Assembly: GCF_008831285.2 (NCBI RefSeq)
Contig: NC_045138.2
Coordinates: 40,796,001-40,860,000 of the forward strand
Origin: Nymphaea colorata
Taxonomy: Eukaryota
Direction of reading: 5' to 3'
DNA: 64,000 nt
The notes beneath the pieces were generated by a model. It saw nothing but the letters and a program-made list of their open reading frames with translations. It was not told the origin of the DNA and did no database searches. The position numbers and the translations under genes were made by a program. Positions within the stretch are counted from its first letter, which is position 1, and every line of letters starts with the position of its first letter. Shown here piece by piece: positions 41,501 to 53,239 of this stretch.

Positions 41501-43035
41501 TCCCAAGCTTCTTTAGGTATAACCAGAGTCTCATCATAATTCAAGCAGCACGATTTTTCCTACCAAAGGGGATTTTATCCTTCAAAAAAGCAGTCAAGAA
41601 AAGTGTTCAATTCAAGTGAGATAATTTATGAATCACACCAAGAGAGATAGATGCTTCAACTTTGAAGTGAAAAGACATCAAACATACTTAAAGTAAGTGA
41701 ACCTTTATCAAATTCATCAATATCCCCATAAAAAAAAAAACAACTATAACTTGTACTTTTAATTGGATAACTATACTACGTTCAATTACTGAATGAGACC
41801 AAGAATAAATATGCATACCACATCAGCATCAAAGCAAACACCATCGTTTACAGTGAGCGCATCAACTGAAGATACCTAAGAAATACTAAGAAACTTAATG
41901 CAAGTGCTCAATTTATTTAACCAAAAAGGTAATGTAAATGTTCAAGCAGCTCAAATACAGCCGCCTGCGAGCAAATAGGTTTTCGCTGTAGTGGGACGTC
42001 AATTTTGCAATACCACTATTATTATCTAGTGGCTTCTCATTGTACCAAGTGACTTCTCAAATGAAACCTGTACTCCTTCCTGTTATATATAGTTTCTGTC
42101 TCAAAAGCAAAAACAAAGAAAAAGAAAAAGAGTTGTCCTTTGTAAAACACAACGTGAAATCAGAATGGGAGACAATGCCCAAGGTATCTTACAGGGAAAT
42201 GCTTAATTGTTCTAGGAACCTATGACAAATTTCAGACAACATGGTAAAACAGAGAGGAAAAATTCGCAAAAAACAAGATCGACTTCTTCCTCATGCCAAT
42301 TAGGCTGCTGCTGCTTCATTTTTGCATTTTGGAGGCCCTGATTGTCAGCGTAACCCATACAACCAAAAAGAGTTTTACACTCCGAGGACAAAATCATGCT
42401 CTTTCTTCTTATAAATAACCACACTTGCCGATCTATTTATGCTGGAAAATTAACAAAAGAAATACCCTTCATAAAATCTTTCCTCCCGCCCAACCCGGCT
42501 ACGGTCTCCAATGTCTCATGTGCACTTAAAATTTCCAAGTTGGTAGGCAGATTTCAAGAGTCAAAGGCAATGAACTGTATACACAATTCACGACTTTGGT
42601 TATTTTAGGCTTTTCATATGTTTTTGGTTCAGAAGGAACACAAACGACAGAAAGGAAGTGCCTGTTGAACAACAACCAAACATCTAAAATTATGGCATTG
42701 ATCATTTGATCCATTTACTTTCATCCACTTGGTCGTTTGCAAAAGAGAGAGAAACACAAGCAAGAAAACCATGGGCAAAAGCAATCAACAGTGGAGAAAG
42801 GATGAAAAGGGCAGCACCAGAACTCACCGCTCTGTTCGCTGAGGGCAGCGAAGGGGCGAAGTGGCGAAGCGGCGAGACTCTGCTTTCGGGCGAACGAGGG
42901 GAGGGCAACAGAGAAAGCGGTAAGTCGGCGGTGGAGTAGAAGGAGAGAGGGCGACGGCAGGGACGGCCTCGAGAGGGAAGGCAGGGATGCTCGAGCCAGC
43001 GACTGCAAGGACAGGCGAGACGGCACCGACTCCAT
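38542..43035 (-). CDS. FOLD: Bifunctional methylenetetrahydrofolate dehydrogenase/cyclohydrolase (FolD/DHC) with a transit-peptide-like N-terminus; exons 43035-42828, 41310-40991, 40374-40138, 40026-39859, 38712-38542; about 367 aa
   Basis: Motifs [66 protein letters not shown] and [20 protein letters not shown] are present. All five exons join in frame with GT-AG introns (1104 nt). Exon 1 ([24 protein letters not shown]...) is Ser/Arg/Pro/Leu-rich like an organellar targeting peptide; this start codon is the least certain part. Confidence 0.93.
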
Positions 43036-43334
43036 GGACCCTTTGGCGGAGGGGAATGCACACAGGACCAGTGCCCTCCCCGGCAGCCCCTTTGTTGGCG
43101 GTCACTTTGAGTCCCAGCAGACGGCCGACCAGTTGATTGTTGAAGCGTGTGCCTACAGGAGCATGGCCGAATCAGGTGATATGTTGTGTCACCTTCTGCT
43201 GGTCATAAAGCCATCGCCCTTGTTCATCATTCTAGTGAACGGCTTTTTTCTTATATTTAAACGCATTATTTTTTGCACTATTCATCTTAAGAAAATGAGA
43301 CATATAGTGGCTCCTGAAAGGAAAGGAAGAGATG

Positions 43335-43595
43335 AACACCAGTCAAACCGAGCAAGAGCTAAGCCAACTCGAGATCGGCTGGATTCATAAATTAATTGAT
43401 GAGCTTGAGCTCGAGGTGAACTTGACATAATGGTAAAGCTCGAGCTGGGTCGAGTTTTAATGAGTTGAGTTCGATATATTTTAAGAGCCGATGAGGTTTG
43501 AATTTGAGCTCTCACTCTGGGAGCAAAAAAGCAATGCTCAAACTCAAAGTCGAGCCGAGTTTTAACGAGTCGAGTTGAGCCGCTGTTTACCCCTA
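43335..43595. mobile_element. MITE remnant rich in CGAGC/GAGCT motifs, upstream of FolD
   Basis: Repeated GAGCTCGAG/CGAGTT(G/T) motifs, ending with TGTTTACCCCTA (reverse of a TAGGGGT-type terminus). Confidence 0.55.
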
Positions 43596-45757
43596 GACTG
43601 AAAGGATAGCCATGTGTATTAGTAATACTAAAACATCAAATGCTGAAAAAAAAAAACACCTACCCATGTAAGGGCGCACAGTAGATCAACATACACAATC
43701 GGATAACTCGTGCAAATAAAACTGACTTCAAAGGAAGAAAGCAAGAAGAGTATTTGTTTCTCCAACTTTAGCTTGGTAATTTCAGTAAGTTGATTAGATT
43801 TCATAACTATGAAGACCTTAGTGGCATCACTTGCTGCAAAGTAGATACAGGAGTTGATGATGTTCACTGGTTGCTTCTTCGGGCGGATCTCCTCTCTATC
43901 GTATAGGCATGAAGTAGGCGAAAGGAAAAGTAGATAGGACAGCAAGAGCTAAGCAGCTACGTTTAGCTTCAGCCGCTGAAAAGAATTATGCTTGTATTTT
44001 CACATGAAACTGTTATGTTCTTTTTATAATGTGAACGAAAAGATTAGATAAGGATTAGATACCTTTTGTTGATTTATCTATTGTCACTTCATTTGGAATG
44101 TGTAGTAATGATCACATTTTAAAACTTATTTTTTATTTGGTTCCTGTGCTACCTTGTTTGATGTTTTAATTCTCATTTTGTAGATTCATTGTTTTAAATA
44201 TATCTCAACACCCTATCTATGTTATTAAAATTTTGAAAATGATAGGAGAAAAAAAGGTCATTTTTGCCCCACCCATCGAAACTTGAGTGAACATTAGTAC
44301 ACCTTTCAACTTGAGTATTGTGTTCTCACATTTACAACACCCACAAGAATCAAATAGGTGAAGTGTTTTCTGTGCGCTTGCCTGTTCAACCAACTATCCC
44401 TTGAGACTAACGGGAAATGATCTAATCATTAGTGCTTAGAAAGCAACATTCAAATTTTAAGTCTCAAAATACATTCCAAATAATGCACCATGAATGTATT
44501 TCAAAAAAATGGACAGATGTATGAAATACACTCCAAATAATGCAACATTGCTGTTACAAAACGTGTCTTTTTTAGTCAAAGAGTAAAACTTAATCAAATC
44601 TTTAAGGGTGCATTTTGGTTGCCGCAGATCTAAAATCCACAAGATTTGAGAAACATGTATTTAAGATCCAACCCTCCCCATCCGATCTAAAATCCAATAT
44701 TTTCTCAAAGCAAAAACATAAGATAAACCTTAGAAAGATTCTTGGTTTGATGAACAATGAATTTTACCACCATTTTTTTTTATATCAACAAAAGCATGTC
44801 ACATCGATGCATGGCCATCAAATCTAAAATAAACTTAAGAAAAATAGTTTTTTTTTTTTGGAAGCAAAATGACGAAATTGCCTCCTTTAGAAAAGCAATA
44901 ACCCTTCCGGAAAAGACAAAAATGTAATCTGGAAATATTGTTTTAAAAATTAATACTCCCTTCACACAATAGACGCGCTATTCCCATGAAATTTGAAACG
45001 CTTACAGATTACAGTTTTGGACTTGGGAGACATCGGAAAAATAGGGAGGGGCCGTCAACTTTATGAATCAAACAAGTCAAAATAAGTCAACGGTTAAACT
45101 GAACCAACCTTCTGACCAGGTTTTCCAACAATCAAAACCGACTCAAAACGATTTACGAGCCAACTAAGCTAGTCAACCAACTATAACTGATGGTCCTTTC
45201 GAACGGTAGAGAAATTGTCCGGAACAAACGGTATCTCGAGAACACGGTGGGAAGCTGGCTGCGCGGTGTCATCCGTGCAAACCGTATTCTAGTTGCCCTG
45301 TCGTGGGACATCAGGGGAGAGATGAAGAGTCGCGGTAACGAAAATACGCCCCCACAAGCGGGCGGTGCCTGGGCCTCACCCTCACGAGAATAAATGACCT
45401 CGCATTTCTGCTCCTGACAAAGATGATCATGGCATGGCGCCCATGTGGTGGGTCCTCTTGAAATCGTCTGTTCGGGGGGGTAAAAACTCTTCTCTTCTCA
45501 ACCATAGATCCAGCAAAAAGAAACGTTCTGCCACCGACCAAAGTGAACCGCACCAAACTTTCCGACTACTGGCAGCTCCGTTTCCTTAGTTCTGGCTCTA
45601 TATAATAATGCTTCAAGGGCTGTGTTGGAGCAGGAAGAAGAGAGCAGGTGTGTGTGAGTTGCAGTAAAGTTTTGAAGATCGATCTCATTTCTTCCGGTCA
45701 AGGGGGGGGGGGGGGGGAGTCTACCACCAACGCCTCTTCTTCTTGAAGCTGTTTCGG

Positions 45758-46828
45758 ATGGCAACTGAAGCAGAGACTGTTGCTGAAGATGCTTCCCTAT
45801 CTGCCAAAAGGCGCATATATATATCTCTCTCTCTCTCTTTTACTTGTGTTGTTTTCCTTGCTCATGGTTGATCAAGGACAGGTTCTGCCTGTGCGTAGAA
45901 ACCCATCCGGAAGCGACAAAATTATGTTGGTTTTGCTCAAATTACTCGTTTGGTTGGTCCCTTCGGCGAACAAAAATCCTCCGTTGTACAATTGATGATG
46001 TTGGGATCCTGGGGATGGTGCGTTTGCAGGTTGGAAGGGAAAGTGGCGATCGTGACGGGAGGAGCGAGAGGGATCGGGCGGACCACGGCGGAGCTCTTCC
46101 ACCAGCACGGCGCTAAGGTCATCATCGTGGACGTGCTGGACGAGCTTGGGCAGTCCGTCTGCGCGGCGCGGGGAGACCCCGACGGCTTCCTCTACTCCCA
46201 CTGCGACGTCACCGTTGAGGCCGACGTCGCCGCGGCCGTCGACCTCGCCCTCGCCCGCTTCGGCCGCCTCGACATCATGGTCAACAACGCCGGGGTGAGC
46301 GGCGCGGGGGATCGCCACGACATCCGGGAGGTCGACCTCGACGGATTCCGGAGGGTTTTCGCCGTCAATGTCGACGGCGTCTTCTTGGGCATCAAGCACG
46401 CGGCGCGGGCTATGGTTCCGAGGCAGAGGGGCAGCATCGTCTGCCTCGCCAGCGTGGCCTCGACCATCGGAGGGGTCGGTCCCCACCCATACGTGGCGTC
46501 CAAGCACGCCGTGCTGGGTCTCGTCCGCAGCGCCGCCGCGGATCTCGGCCGCCACGGCGTGCGCGTGAACTGCGTCTCCCCCTACGCCGTGGGCACCCCG
46601 CTGGCTCTTCCCTTTTCCGAGGGCGGCGAGTCCTCTGCCCTCCACGATTTCCACCGCTACGTCGGCCAGTTCGCCAACCTCCAGGGCGTGAACCTCACCG
46701 TCGACGACGTCGCCCTGGCCGTGCTCTACCTCGCCGGTGATGAGTCAAAGTACGTGAGTGGTCTCAACCTTGTGGTCGATGGTGGCTTCTCCTGCGTCAA
46801 CCACTGCTTCGGCATTTACAGGCCATGA
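45758..46828 (+). CDS. ABA2: Short-chain dehydrogenase/reductase, ABA2 (xanthoxin dehydrogenase)-like, copy 1; exons 45758-45810 and 46030-46828, about 283 aa
   Basis: TGGARGIG, NNAG and catalytic YVASK are present. GGVGPHPYVASKHAVLGL, RVNCVSPYAV, ANLQGVNLTVDDVA and DGGFSCVNH closely resemble ABA2. Exon 1 (MATEAETVAEDASLSAK-R) is conserved with copy 2 and joins in frame only through a GC donor at 45811. Confidence 0.9.
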
Positions 46829-48679
46829 AAAAAACGCACACCACCCACATCGCCAACACGATGGATGGAGATGATTCCATTAGTAGGTCTTAGAATGCGA
46901 TTACGATGATGATTATGAGAATAAGGAAGGAAGGAAGGGACTAGGAAGTGATGGTTACCTTTCCGCCAGTTTTCCTTTTTATGACAATATGTGGAGTACT
47001 TTGAGAAAAGTGGTTCTGAATGAAATGAGTAAAGGCGCCGAAGTTGTTCACAGATCCAATTGAATCGGTTGTGAATCGACGAAAAGCACTACAAATTTTA
47101 CTTTTACAAAAACAAATAACAAATTTTACATAATTAGTTCAAATAAAAACTCTCTACACATTTGAAAAACAGTTGCCTTCTTGAATATCAAATTAGTTGG
47201 ATCTGATTCAATAGAAATAAGTTCACAATACCAAAGAGTCGGATATATAATAAAAAGTCTATTCATAATATACGCAGAAGCAAACCTATGCTCACTATAC
47301 TCATCGGAATTGGAAAGTGGTAGGAGGAGAGAAAGCATTTTCTTTTTAGCTATGGTGACAGAGGGAAGGACAAGTATTATTGAGATAGAGTGAGTGGATT
47401 TAGCAACGGGATTATGTCTAATACGAGTGAAATTATTTCACGGAAAAGGAATCCTTCTTTGCTCTGTTGGTCATCCTTTTTTAACAGTAAAGCTCTGTTT
47501 TTGAGGGGCTGAATTCACAAGGATCGTGAGATTTTAAGGTCGAAATTTCAGGAAAAGCTTTTGTTCTTATCATCTTTAGAAAAGGAACATGGAATTTTGA
47601 TGGGGTCCGATCTGGCATCACTAAAAACAAAGAGCAATAGTGTGCTGTCGTTTTAAGCTGACAACTGACTGCTCGTGCGTGCCTTACTCAGAACTCTGAT
47701 TAACATCTTATCTTCCTTCCGTTTAGTGCTCCGCAATGAATGTTGCAATGAAAACGGACAAGTTATAATTTTCGGGCCTACTTTTTAATTTTACTTTTAC
47801 AGATAAGCTTTACATTTGAAATTGTACATATAGTCAAGTCAATCGGGAAGCATGATTTTTCCAAAGATTTTTTTTTCTTTTATAATAAGCAGTGTTATCA
47901 AATTATTATGAATTGACTCTGGCTGATTCATATGGAATAGCAACTTGTATCAATTCCATACAACATTTGATTAGATGGGGACACGTGACCCTTTTTTCTT
48001 TTGTTTCTCATTAGGTTACTCGTACCTTATTTTGTTGTTTTTTCATTAGGCTTTCTGTATTCTAGTTTTTTTTTTTTTTTTCATTTTTTTACTTTTTCTT
48101 TCATGGTGAAACTCTGCGTGTTTGGTGGGGGAGATGTCTCGAACAGGCCGAAGCCCTCTATTTTCCTCTTGCCTTTAAGGATTGAGGACTGTTTAAAACT
48201 TGGGTGAAGAATCGTACATTTGTCAATTAAAGTGTTGTGCATCCAGGGTTCCAAGACAATGGTGAAACCAAGATCGACCATGCTTGGATCCACACCTGAC
48301 AGGCAAGACTTGGATCAGATTTAAATGTCACCGAGTATCTAAACGGTTCTGATAGTTCGGGTTCGGGATGGTTTTGCCCCTTACTGGGTTCGATTTAGCC
48401 GGATTATTTGTAATTGAACCTAATTTTTGAATTTTATTTTCAAAATAAATTCAGATTTTAACAGTACAATGTCTGACATTTACATATAAACAGGTCGGGT
48501 CTTTAACGAATCTCAGTTGGATGTCAGACTTGGATTCAAATTTGGTTGTGAATCTGCATATGGATCGAAGTCCAGTCACTAATTGGATCTAATTAGCCGG
48601 CTAGTGAGAGAGAGAGAGAGGCTGTGTCATATAAAGTCGTCTTCAATCCTCTCCCGCAAATAGTTGAAGTGGTGGGCAG

Positions 48680-48724
48680 ATTAGATGTATTAGACACAAC
48701 TTTTAGATGTATTAGACACAACTT
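48680..48724. repeat. 22-bp perfect tandem duplication
   Basis: TTAGATGTATTAGACACAACTT occurs twice in tandem. Confidence 0.9.
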
Positions 48725-49529
48725 TGTAAGACACAAATTACTTACTCTTATATATATTTGAAAGCGGTATATTTCTACATGATAAAATGCATTGCATGGT
48801 GTGCCATGAGAAATCAGAAAAATTTCTCAATCTAAACTTGAACATAGAAATTAAAGGTTTATGTATATAGTTTGCCGAATCTCCTGTATCTAGATTTTAG
48901 TTTATTGTTCTTTTACTTTTTAAATCCGTACATATAGATATAGAATGCCAAAGATCGACAAAAATTTCCACAAAATCATGAAACATTCATGTAGAAATTG
49001 AATTTCATGATTTTTTGAAGATTACAATGCTCGCTTTTTTTACTTGGAATATTTGATCAACACATTTGATTGACAAGATTTTTTCTTTATTAAAATGGAG
49101 GGCCAACAAATTTTGTGGATTGGACTATGCCATCTGACTGTAGAAATAAGCACCAAATCTGGGATACATCCAGTTCCTACAACAAAATTTTAAAACATCT
49201 GATTAAGGAGAGTAAAAGTGGTAAAACACTTTTTCAGGTACACAGCAAAAAACAAAAAAACACAATGAGAAAATAAAAATGCAGTTTTCTTGGCTTAAGT
49301 TTACGGAATTAACTGTAATCTGATCATTGATCTTAATAAAAAAAATAGGCTCAAAAAAATAAACTTTCCCTTGTATTTAAGTGGATTGGTGCTTGTAGTT
49401 CAAGTTACATGTTTGTTTTATCTGTAACTTATGGACCATTTACATGTTTATCTTATCTTTATAAATATATTCAAATTGGCATCTAAATTTACATATATCA
49501 TTTCAAAATATGAACATACACACACACAG

Positions 49530-49560
<31 letters not shown>

Positions 49561-50755
49561 TCTCTTTGAGTGGTGAGAAAAAAGATAGATTACATTTATT
49601 GTTTCTCATGTGATGTGTCGCACCACGTAATATCTGCGGTTTGAATGGTCAGTTGGACAATAAACAATCTCCAAAACCAAGTAAGAATATTCTCATATTC
49701 CTTCAACTGGGAGACCTTTATTAACCAATTCCTTTAAGGAGCAAGTAAATGCAATTGGACTATCAGTTTGGTAAAAATATATTCGTAGACGAACAGTTGG
49801 CTAAGAATCAAATCGAGTTGTCCGATCATCAAGCAGATCCAAACTCTCTATGCAGTTTCGTACTTCATTCCAGATCTAAGCGTTAGATTTCACCAATACC
49901 CAATCGCTTGGCATGTAAATGACACGTCTCAAGCTAGTCGGACTGTTGGGCAACCTAAAGTCAAACTGCACTAGATGGGAGACGACTAGGAAATTTAGTC
50001 TAAAGGATGCCCTGTGGCTAGATTCATTGCTAAGTTTGATCCAATGAGGAGCTCCTTAAGTTTATCAAGTAGTCACAGTACTGGTAGAATCAATGAAAAG
50101 CTTCTCTTGCTTCAAATGGAGCTGTCTAAATTGTTAAATTCCAATGAGGTTGGTTCTGTTTCTGGGTCCTCAAAGGCAGAGCAGGCTCTAAACAACATCG
50201 GAAAATATTTGGTAAAGATGTCTTTAGTGCCATAAAAGAAAATCTTTTCTAAAGGGAGGATGTTGAACAAAATTGAAAAAAAAGAAGAAAAACCATATAG
50301 TGTTGATTCCCAAAAAATGGAGATTCTAAGCACATTTCAAATTATAGGCCGAGGGTCGCAAGAAAGGTTTTCTAAATCATATTATTTTTGGAAGTCAGGT
50401 GCTCTTTTGAAATGATGAACTACTTATTATGGTTTGTTGATGGCTCCTTCACTCAATGCCAAGAAGCAAGGCAGCTAGTTTATGTGTTTCAATTGATCTT
50501 TCAATTGAAAAGGCTCTACTGTTCCCGTGCAATGTTGATTAATGGTAAAAAAGGGAGGGAGTCTCTTTCAAAGTGAGGACGTGGTTACTTAGTCACCACT
50601 AGAACCGACAGTTGCGCTACTCCAAGAGTTTAGAAGCACTCAGACGATCTACTCCCTCCCGGAAAACAGAAGATCTACTCCCTCGTTGCTTCCTGCTGGC
50701 CAAGGGAGACTCTATCTCGTCCTCCGCTTCTTCACGCTAATTGGCGGTGTTTTTA

Positions 50756-51818
50756 ATGGCGACTGAAGCGGAGACTGTTGCTAAGGATGATTCCCTGTCT
50801 GCAAAAAGGCCCGCCTCTCTCTCCCTCTTTTGCTTGTGGCCGTTTCTCCTTGATCATGATTGATTCTACAGATCAAGTCCTCCCCATCACTAGAAACCCA
50901 TCAGAAAGTGGCATTGTTGGTTTTGCTCTAGTTACTTGTTTGGCTCATCTCTCTCTCTCTCTCTCTCTCTCTCTGTTGTGCAATTGATGATGTTGGGGAT
51001 GATGGGTTTGCAGGTTGGAAGGGAAAGTGGCGATCGTGACGGGAGGAGCGAGAGGGATCGGGCGGACCACGGCGGAGCTCTTCCACCAGCACGGCGCCAA
51101 GGTCATCATCGTGGACGTGCTGGACGAGCTTGGGCAGTCCGTCTGCGCGGCGCGGGGAGACCCCGACGGCTTCCTCTACTCCCAGGGCGACGTTACCGTC
51201 GAGGCCGACGTCGCGGCGGCCGTCGACCTCGCCCTCGCCCGCTTCGGCCGGCTCGACATTATGGTCAACAACGCCGGCGTGAGCGGCGGGAATGAGCGCC
51301 ACGACATCCGCGAGATGGAGCTAGACAGATTCCGACGGGTGTTAGCCGTGAACGTCGACGGCGTTTTCTTGGGCATCAAGCATGCGGCACGGGCCATGGT
51401 TCCGAGGCGGAGCGGCAGCATCGTGTGCATCGGCAGTGTGGCCTCGACCATGGGAGGTTTCGGCCCCCACCCATACGCGGCGTCCAAGCATGCCGTCCTC
51501 GGGCTCACCCGCAGCGCTGCCGCAGACCTTGGCCGCCACGGCATCCGCGTCAACTGTGTCTCCCCCTACGGCGTGGCCACTCCGCTGGCGATTCCCTTCT
51601 CCGAGGGCGGCGACTCCTCCTCCTCCTCCATCGACGGGTTCCACCACTACGTCGGCCAGTTCGCCAACCTCAAGGGGGTGAACCTCACCGTCGACGACGT
51701 CGCTCAGGCCGTGCTCTACCTCGCCGGCGATGAGTCCAAGTACGTGAGTGGTCTCAACCTGGTGGTTGATGGCGGCTTCACATGCGTCAATCACAGCTTC
51801 GGCATTTACAAACCATGA
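50756..51818 (+). CDS. ABA2: Short-chain dehydrogenase/reductase, ABA2-like, copy 2 (tandem duplicate); exons 50756-50808 and 51014-51818, about 285 aa
   Basis: Same motifs as copy 1 (TGGARGIG, NNAG, YAASK, ANLKGVNLTVDDVA, DGGFTCVNHSF). Exon 1 is MATEAETVAKDDSLSAK-R, with a GC donor at 50809 and acceptor TTTGCAG|G at 51013/14. The intron is still alignable with that of copy 1. Confidence 0.9.
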
Positions 51819-53239
51819 AAACTCTCGCGCCATCCACGCCGTTATTAGGATTATATGAGGATGATTACGACTGTGATGGCGCTGATCCCCTTTGTCCGTC
51901 TCTCCCTCCAGCTCTTTTGAGGAAAGAATTGTAAGGATCATTACCTTTCCTGTAGTTTCCTTCGTGACAGTGTGGCTTCTACTTCATGTGTTTCACTCAC
52001 GAATGTTATCGTACTGTGTCGTAAAAATTGGTTTTGAATCTTCAAATTCTGTTGAATAATTGACAAAAACATTTAGGGAATGTTTGATTACTTTAGATTT
52101 TAAGATTTGATGTGGACCTGACAAAATAATAATATGTTCTTTGTTGATGTGACAAAAGATACTCACGGTAAAATTTATGGTTTATCAAGCTAACGATCTC
52201 ACCCCAAACTTGCGACCCATACTTAAAATCTTTATATTACTCTTTTTTTTATCAAGAAAATGTCGGAAAAAGGTCTTCGTGAGGATTTAAATCCAAAATC
52301 CAAGATTATCTAACGCGCTCTTAAAACTTTTATTTTCCAATAAACACTAACAATATAATTTTTATTATTTAAAGATGAAGTCTTTTAAAATGCTTGAAAA
52401 TAATAAACGGGCACCTAGGGAGGTAGATTCAACCCTTGAACTCAATCTTTTAATGCCATAATGTCCAAAACAAATTGGAGATTAAAAAAGTGAAGCTCGT
52501 TTTTAACTCGCGTTCCACATTGGCTCTGCCCTACCTGGCCTCATTCAAAAATTGGATTAGGACCGGGCCACAACTGGCGCTCAGCTCCACCACCCACACC
52601 ACACCTGACCTGATTACAATAAAATATATGAAAGATAAAAATAAAATATAATAATAATAATATATTTACAATTACTAAAATAAAACTATACATAAGTTAA
52701 TGGAAGGAAAACAAAAACAATTTTCTTTTAACTATAATTTGGTCCTCTAACAAAAAAATTCTTAGTTTCTGGCAATGAAGATTGAACTCAACTTCTTTGT
52801 CGTTATATTTCTTTTTATGTTCTTCCATAGCCTTGGATTGGGTGGAATAGACATTCTGAAAACAACTAAATTTACCTTGTTCACAGAAATTAATGAACTT
52901 TAATTATAAAATATAAATAAACTTGGCTGTATTCAAAAGCAATGGTGATGCCATATGATTCGTTGACTAATTTATTTACATATTGACTCGTCAATTAGTT
53001 TTAACATTTTAATTTTTAAACGTTTGCGTCATTGGAGTCAAGGATATAGATGGAGACTTTCATCTAACTGCATTAAAATCCAGTAGAAAATATTCCCAAT
53101 CGACATAAACATGGCCAAATCCGTTTGCCTCGGAGCATGCCAAGTGCTCTGTATCTCCACCAATAACTGTCCTACCCATTACTTCAACCAGTATAAAAGA
53201 AGCAAAGCCCACCTCCCTCTACTGGCTTTTGCTTTTCTA

